A stretch of DNA of 64,000 nucleotides, taken from contig JBEKZX010000002.1 in assembly GCA_049509455.1 (NCBI GenBank), positions 2,764 through 66,763 of the forward strand. Reading direction: 5' to 3'. Position 1 is the first letter of the stretch, and each line of letters begins with the position of its first letter. The translations under genes were made by a program, and so were the position numbers. The stretch is from Conexivisphaerales archaeon (GTDB taxonomy: Archaea; Thermoproteota; Nitrososphaeria; Conexivisphaerales; DTJL01). This document shows positions 59,135-64,000 of this stretch, piece by piece. Under the pieces are notes generated by a model. The model was not told where the DNA came from, did not search any database, and saw only the letters and a list, made by a program, of their open reading frames with translations.

Positions 59135-59788
59135 TCAGCGGGGGCGCCTGTAGCTCCTTCTGTGGGGGCCGCCGTAGCGGCCTTCTCCATGGCCTTGGCG
59201 GCGCCTGTCGCTGTACCGTCTCGGTCTATCGCTAAACTGCGGTTCTTCCTCGAATCCGGCCATCTTGCGGTATTCGATGTTACCGCAGACGGTACACTTG
59301 GCCTTTCCTCCGCTGATACCTTCCATCAGACCGCCGCAGAGTGAACACCAGGTCTTCACCACGCCCAGGCCCATATCTCTGAATCCTAGGAATATCATGC
59401 TGTTTGCATTACTCGTAACTGCCGCACGCACGATGTCTCCCGGTTTGCTCGGGCTCGAAGCCCTAGTTCTCGTGAGCAGCATCCCCATCAGATTATTGTT
59501 CACCTCCATATCGTTCACCGCATAGATCCTAATTTGGAGGCCGGCACCTTGCTGAACCTCGACGACACCCATGACGATGTCGCCTCTAGTCGGGATGGGG
59601 CTCTTCATCCCCTTACCTACAACGCTCACTTCACGCCTAGCGCGGTCATATTCGACTTTCCCCGAGACAAGCGACCTGATTTCGCCTTCCTTTTCATAGG
59701 CACCCTTGGATGCGGCGAACTCCTCTATGACGGACAGCCTGTCTCCAGGGGCGGCTTTGTCCGGTCGGACCTTCTTTATGGTTGCCAA
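59135..59788 (-). CDS. csl4: Exosome RNA-binding subunit Csl4
   Basis: 217 aa. It has an S1 domain (GDIVMGVVEV...IRIYAV), a zinc ribbon (CSLCGG...CTVCG) and an R-rich tail. The dph2-csl4-rpoL neighbourhood is conserved. Confidence 0.8.
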   Translation of the reverse strand: MATIKKVRPDKAAPGDRLSVIEEFAASKGAYEKEGEIRSLVSGKVEYDRARREVSVVGKGMKSPIPTRGDIVMGVVEVQQGAGLQIRIYAVNDMEVNNNLMGMLLTRTRASSPSKPGDIVRAAVTSNANSMIFLGFRDMGLGVVKTWCSLCGGLMEGISGGKAKCTVCGNIEYRKMAGFEEEPQFSDRPRRYSDRRRQGHGEGRYGGPHRRSYRRPR

Positions 59789-59794
59789 GTCACA

Positions 59795-60811
59795 TTACAC
59801 CCAAAACCCTGAACTGAACATATCCCCCAGCTCTTTCCCTTCTAATAACCTTATCAAACCTAGTGCCTGTTCGTATGAGAGCATTAGCCGGTCGAAGTCC
59901 TCGTTATCCAGAGCCACCCTTGGGCACGCCGTTTCCACGAAAGCATCTATGTCGCGAATAGCAGCTATCCTTTGCGGAGTGATTTCACGCAGGTGAAAGA
60001 GGTAAGCCTTCTTCCCCAGCCCGGTTAGCCTCTCCTTGATTTCATCAGCCTGTTTTCTGAAGAGCTGCCCCTCTTTCATGCTCACCACGATTCCAATCTT
60101 TCGAGCATCTTTGGCCTTGAGAACCGACAATATGGCCTTCCTTTCGACGTGGTCAGCCTCTTTGGACATGTCCTCGACGAGGTTGAAGAATGGATCCAAC
60201 ATAAAGGTAGGCTTGCGTGCGTTCAGGCAGACCCCTATGGCGTGGAACCTGCTCTGTCCTAAGAAGAAGAAAGCATCAACGTCTTCTTTGATGCTCCTGA
60301 CGCTGTAGTAATTGCAGCCGAAGACCTGGCCGTCGAAGAGCATGCCTTCGCTCCTTCCTTTCACTGCAGCCAGCCCTCTCTCATTCAGATAGCTGACAGC
60401 GGCATCTAGCTGCGACTTGTGATTGCTGATCGTCACGACGCCGACCCGTGCGAACTTCCCTTTGAGCTGTTTCAAGGCTAGGTCCAAAACAGGCCCAAAA
60501 TCGACATCATACTCGACATCGATAAGGTAGGTGTACTTGCCCATCTTGTCGACGCCCACAGTGTGGCCCAAATTCAGGATTATGTCCAGACCCAGGCGTT
60601 CGGCATCGAAGTTCAGCGTGTCGCACGTACCGTAGCTCGGGTCTAAGAGTATCATCGTTTCCACACCATGCTTCTGTTCTAACCTTTCGGCGAGCTCGAG
60701 CACAGAATTCAGGAGTCCGTCCGGCGCCTGAATCCCAACCTTCCTAGGTCTTTGCTCGACCAATATTCTTGATATCTGGTCCTCACGTATCGATATGCCC
60801 ACGTCAAGCAC
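59795..60811 (-). CDS. dph2: Diphthamide synthesis protein Dph2 (radical-SAM-type ACP transferase)
   Basis: KVGIQAPDGLL...LDPSYGTCD, about 338 aa from the GTG at 60811 (or 60802). The track ATG at 60907 would overlap L10e by 100 nt. Confidence 0.8.
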   Translation of the reverse strand: MLDVGISIREDQISRILVEQRPRKVGIQAPDGLLNSVLELAERLEQKHGVETMILLDPSYGTCDTLNFDAERLGLDIILNLGHTVGVDKMGKYTYLIDVEYDVDFGPVLDLALKQLKGKFARVGVVTISNHKSQLDAAVSYLNERGLAAVKGRSEGMLFDGQVFGCNYYSVRSIKEDVDAFFFLGQSRFHAIGVCLNARKPTFMLDPFFNLVEDMSKEADHVERKAILSVLKAKDARKIGIVVSMKEGQLFRKQADEIKERLTGLGKKAYLFHLREITPQRIAAIRDIDAFVETACPRVALDNEDFDRLMLSYEQALGLIRLLEGKELGDMFSSGFWV

Positions 60812-61328
60812 CAGACGCGGCGGCTGGCGATTCAATAATCTCCAGCCGGGTCTTGACAGGCAGTTTACTGGAAGCCACCTTGAGGGCATCCTTTGCCTGC
60901 TGGACATTCTTCCCCCTTATGCCCAGCTCTAGCAAGACGGTGCCATCTTCCACCCTCGCGGCGAGACCTACGGGCTTGCCGAAGGCACGTCTCATTCCCT
61001 CAGACAACCTATCTGCACCAGCCGTGGCCACTACTTTATTCTCACGCAAGATGATGTGTGGAAAGGCCTTGACTGAGAGGTAGTAGTTCCCCTCTCCGAG
61101 GGGCGTAGCGAGCTTGTTCACGGACACTCTGGCCGCTTCAAGGGCATTATGCCTTATCTGAGCCTTCTCGCATGATATGAGCTTGAACACATAATCATAT
61201 CTTTCACTCGGATTGCCTATCGTAAACTTGGCAATCTTAGGCTGAGGGTGGCCCTTGATATACTCGGTTCTCGTGTAGGGTTGTCCCTTCACCTCTCGAT
61301 AGTTACGTCCTTTCAACTTAGTCAACAC
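60804..61328 (-). CDS. rpl10e: Ribosomal protein L10e (uL16)
   Basis: 174 aa with YTRTEYIKGHPQPKIAKF...IRHNALEAARVSVNK. Confidence 0.9.
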   Translation of the reverse strand: MLTKLKGRNYREVKGQPYTRTEYIKGHPQPKIAKFTIGNPSERYDYVFKLISCEKAQIRHNALEAARVSVNKLATPLGEGNYYLSVKAFPHIILRENKVVATAGADRLSEGMRRAFGKPVGLAARVEDGTVLLELGIRGKNVQQAKDALKVASSKLPVKTRLEIIESPAAASGA

Positions 61329-61364
61329 CGTAGGTTTGAGGCGGCTTTAAAAGTATATTGGTCG

Positions 61365-62096
61365 TTAGAATCGTCTCTCCAGCGCCAGGTTCACCTTACG
61401 AAACACCCCCATCAGCGCTATAATCTCATCCTGCTGCGCCCCCGACTGAATCATGGCGTTGCCAAGTATCTTTATGGCCATCCGTCTCCTGTGCTCGGGG
61501 TATCTGCTTACGCCCAACATCTCTGAGAAGTACTTCAGCATTCTATCCATGTAAACTCGATCTACTCGGCGAGCCTCCGCAGATTCGGTCGAGCTCAGTT
61601 TGTAAAGCATTATGGCCAACGCATGCGAGATGTTCAACGTCGGGTAGGAAGTCCCCGTATGCACATGCACCACAATGTCGCATGCGTTCAGCTCGGTAGC
61701 GGTCAGCCCCGTCGTGTCTCTCCCGAGGACAATCACCATATCGGCCGGGTCGACCCTCAGTGTAGCCAGAGCGTCGAGCGAAACGGTCTTCCTCACCGGG
61801 TTCCTTCCTCTGCTTCCCGTGATGGCCGTGGTACCCACAACGACGTCGAACTTCTTCCTCAATTCGCGCAGGCTCACATACTCTGCACCCTTCACTATGT
61901 CTGCGCCATGCGATGCAAAACGTATGGCTGAGCGAGGCACGTCGTCTTTCCCTACAATGAAGAGATGGCTCACGCCGAAGTTCTTCATCGTCCTGGCAAC
62001 ATAACCGATGTTCAGGCCGAACCTCGGTTCAACCATGGCCACGCTAAGCCGCTCTAGATGCATGCCCGTTCCGGGAGGAACATTAAAAACAGGCAT
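61365..62096 (-). CDS. SPOUT (TrmH/TrmJ-like) RNA 2'-O-methyltransferase
   Basis: 243 aa with EPRFGLNIGYVARTMKNFGVSHLFIVG and C-terminal SPOUT knot motifs (NISHALAIMLY). Confidence 0.7.
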   Translation of the reverse strand: MPVFNVPPGTGMHLERLSVAMVEPRFGLNIGYVARTMKNFGVSHLFIVGKDDVPRSAIRFASHGADIVKGAEYVSLRELRKKFDVVVGTTAITGSRGRNPVRKTVSLDALATLRVDPADMVIVLGRDTTGLTATELNACDIVVHVHTGTSYPTLNISHALAIMLYKLSSTESAEARRVDRVYMDRMLKYFSEMLGVSRYPEHRRRMAIKILGNAMIQSGAQQDEIIALMGVFRKVNLALERRF

Positions 62097-62103
62097 TTAA
62101 CGA

Positions 62104-63219
62104 TTGGTCCAACCAAGTCGACAGTTGCCCACCAACATCACAGCGGAGGCCAGAGCCCGCTGGGCCAAGGCTCGCGCCACAAAAGATCCCAAGGAGAAAG
62201 CGAAGCTGCTTCGGGAGTTCTATTCTCTGATGCCTCATCATAAATCGACGGAGAGGTTGGAGGTGTCCATCAAGAAGCAGATTTCAAACCTCGAGGACGA
62301 GATCGAGTCGGCAAAGTCGAGAAAGACTGGCAGCACGCGCGTCGAATGGCAGGTGGAGAAGGGCATCTTTCCACAGCTAGCCCTCAGTGGACCCTTCGAA
62401 CGTGCCGCGCATCTCTTCAAAGAGCTCACCGGGCTGACGGCTTCGCTATTCGAAGTCCATAAAGGTCCCGTGGTGGGCGTATATCGTCTAGGTGGGCTCA
62501 CACTGCAAGTCATGCTAACTCCCTACGATCAAGCTATTGGAAGGCAGGTGCGAGAGAGGATGCTCTATCTGATCAGGACCTCTGACCTTCTCCTAATCGA
62601 CCTCCCTCCGAAATCATGGGAAGAGTATTGGGCTGAATTCAGCCAATGGACTCTGGAACACAACCTCGAAGTTTCTCCGAAACAGGCGGCTGTGGAGCTC
62701 AGGAACATGCCCACCGGCGGCATCCGGCTCGTCGGCAGGTCCGGCTCGTTCAGCGAGGCCGAAATAATCTCGTTCCTTCAAAGCTATAACATCCTGAACT
62801 GTATCGTCAAGATATCGCAAGATGCCACCTTGGACGACGTGGAGGCAGTGATCTTCGGCAGGGCCTTCAAGAAGTGCGCTTTTCTGACCCCGGCGGGGGT
62901 TCCAGCCGTCGGGGGGGTGTCGTCAGGATCTTTCAGCCTTGATGGCGTATTCACTTCACCTCAGAAGTTCGTAGATATGTTGCTGGCCAACATGGAGCTG
63001 ATCCGAATCAATACGCGGTCGGCGAGCGGAACCATAGCCCAGAGGCCCCTTCTGGTCAGGCGTAACTGCAAGGTCATAGAAGTGGCTAGAGACATCCACA
63101 AGGACCTCTGGCGAAACTTCAAATACGCCAAAGTCTGGCATGGTGCAGGCAGACCACCCATCAGGGTCGGCAAGGACTTCAAAATCGCTAACGGTGACAT
63201 CATAGAGATTTTTGACTGA
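62104..63219 (+). CDS. DRG/Obg-like protein with C-terminal TGS domain but a degenerate GTPase core
   Basis: 371 aa. The C-terminus LIRINTR...VARDIHKDLWRNFKYAKVWHG..IRVGKDFKIANGDIIEI aligns by eye to the DRG TGS domain. The position of the G1 loop reads LALSGPFERAAHLF instead of G.PSVGKS. Confidence 0.6.
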   Translation: MVQPSRQLPTNITAEARARWAKARATKDPKEKAKLLREFYSLMPHHKSTERLEVSIKKQISNLEDEIESAKSRKTGSTRVEWQVEKGIFPQLALSGPFERAAHLFKELTGLTASLFEVHKGPVVGVYRLGGLTLQVMLTPYDQAIGRQVRERMLYLIRTSDLLLIDLPPKSWEEYWAEFSQWTLEHNLEVSPKQAAVELRNMPTGGIRLVGRSGSFSEAEIISFLQSYNILNCIVKISQDATLDDVEAVIFGRAFKKCAFLTPAGVPAVGGVSSGSFSLDGVFTSPQKFVDMLLANMELIRINTRSASGTIAQRPLLVRRNCKVIEVARDIHKDLWRNFKYAKVWHGAGRPPIRVGKDFKIANGDIIEIFD

Positions 63220-63763
63220 CCAACTCTTTAGTCACCTTGAACGCGTAAAGCTCCTCGAAAAACAACTTCAACGAAACCAGTTGCACCGCATTCTTCCCTT
63301 CCCGGCGTAGCTTCTGCAAGAGAGATTCAAGATTGGATAGGTTGGAAGCAAGGAACACCATGCAACCGTGATCGACCAAAGCCTCATAGGAGCTGCAAGC
63401 CATCTCGTAGGTTCTTTCGAAGCCTTCCCTTCCACCCGACGTTGCCAAATCTTCAGCGTCCTCGTCTCTAAGATAAGGTGGGTTGAAGAAGACCATCTGG
63501 AAGGAGCCCTCCCTGAATGGGTCACAGGAGAGGCAAAGCACATGGTCGATTATCTCACGGCCGTTCCTGTCACGAGCTATCTTCAGGGCTTCTATGTCCA
63601 GGTCGGTGCCTACGGCAATGTCAGGCGAGTTGGCCTTGACATATTCATGAATTACGAAGCCGGATCCGATTCCGACTTCAGCCACCTTTGCCGCACGGAT
63701 TCGTTCCACCACCTTTAAGAGGAAAAAGCTGTCTTCGCTTGGCTGGTAGACCCGGCTCAACAC
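63200..63763 (-). CDS. HemK/PrmC (Mtq2)-like N5-glutamine methyltransferase
   Basis: 187 aa with VYQPSEDSF, the SAM motif EVGIGSGFV and the NPPY motif (FFNPPYL). Confidence 0.75.
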   Translation of the reverse strand: MLSRVYQPSEDSFFLLKVVERIRAAKVAEVGIGSGFVIHEYVKANSPDIAVGTDLDIEALKIARDRNGREIIDHVLCLSCDPFREGSFQMVFFNPPYLRDEDAEDLATSGGREGFERTYEMACSSYEALVDHGCMVFLASNLSNLESLLQKLRREGKNAVQLVSLKLFFEELYAFKVTKELVSQKSL

Positions 63764-64000
63764 TGCTTCATCCTCTGGATTACGCTCATGGCTTCTGCAG
63801 GCGCAAGTTCCTCTACTCTCTTGCGTAGCAACGATCCTTCTGTTTGACCGCAGTCTCCCCAGAGTCCTCTCTTCTTCATATCTCGCACAAATGAAGCCGC
63901 CAATCTTCCTCTGTAGCTGAATAACGCCTTTAGCTTCACAGCAGTCGACTTGGCTTCCGGGACGCTTCTCAGCCTCTCCATTCGCAAGGCAGAAGAGAAG
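63757..64000 (-). CDS. Hypothetical protein, probably 5'-truncated by the window edge
   Basis: The ORF ends at 63757, overlapping the next gene start. The frame stays open from the TTG at 63987 to the window end. Confidence 0.3.
   Translation of the reverse strand, partial: FSSALRMERLRSVPEAKSTAVKLKALFSYRGRLAASFVRDMKKRGLWGDCGQTEGSLLRKRVEELAPAEAMSVIQRMKQC

Overview
Archaeal chromosomal segment read by eye only, with no searches or folding programs run. It is densely coding apart from one rRNA operon, 8 tRNA genes, a replication origin and one anomalous 1.7-kb island.

Lineage signature is TACK-like. It combines PolD (DP1 and DP2), an Elf1 homolog, tRNAs with up to three inferred introns, and a 16S-23S operon with no spacer tRNA and no linked 5S. 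I cannot name the organism.

Layout:
- 1-10.4 kb: GC-rich accessory block with a permease, a LigB-like gene, tRNA-His, pxpA plus fused pxpBC, deoC-like, a copA P-type ATPase followed by an out-of-frame HMA domain, LMW-PTP, EamA and VOC genes.
- 10.7-15.4 kb: 23S and 16S rRNA on the minus strand, each with flanking processing-stem inverted repeats.
- 15.8-33 kb: carboxyltransferase, a frameshift-split IOR-family oxidoreductase, ADP-forming acetyl-CoA synthetase, Lhr helicase, a 4-OB RPA and others.
- 33-51 kb: glyA, PolD large subunit, GGGPS, Elf1, three uncharacterised (w)HTH or membrane proteins, oriC with ORB boxes, orc1/cdc6, PolD small subunit, pyrH, aRF1 and valS.
- 55-64 kb: prs, topA, TFS, RpoL, Csl4, Dph2, L10e, a SPOUT methylase, a DRG-like protein with a degenerate P-loop, and a PrmC-like methylase.

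The most unusual locus is 53083-54781. It is nearly ORF-free and ends at the 3' end of an atypical tRNA-Thr(UGU). It contains two helically phased arrays of TGGGAGGTT (13 direct and 3 inverted copies), other short repeats, a 19-nt exact copy of part of the distant tRNA-Met gene, and a start-less protein-like ORF. I read it as a decayed integrated element that kept its iteron or partition-like DNA, or alternatively a chromosomal protein-loading array or ncRNA locus. This is inference.

Three apparent single-nucleotide frameshifts (copA/HMA, IOR, Sec61beta) may be assembly errors.
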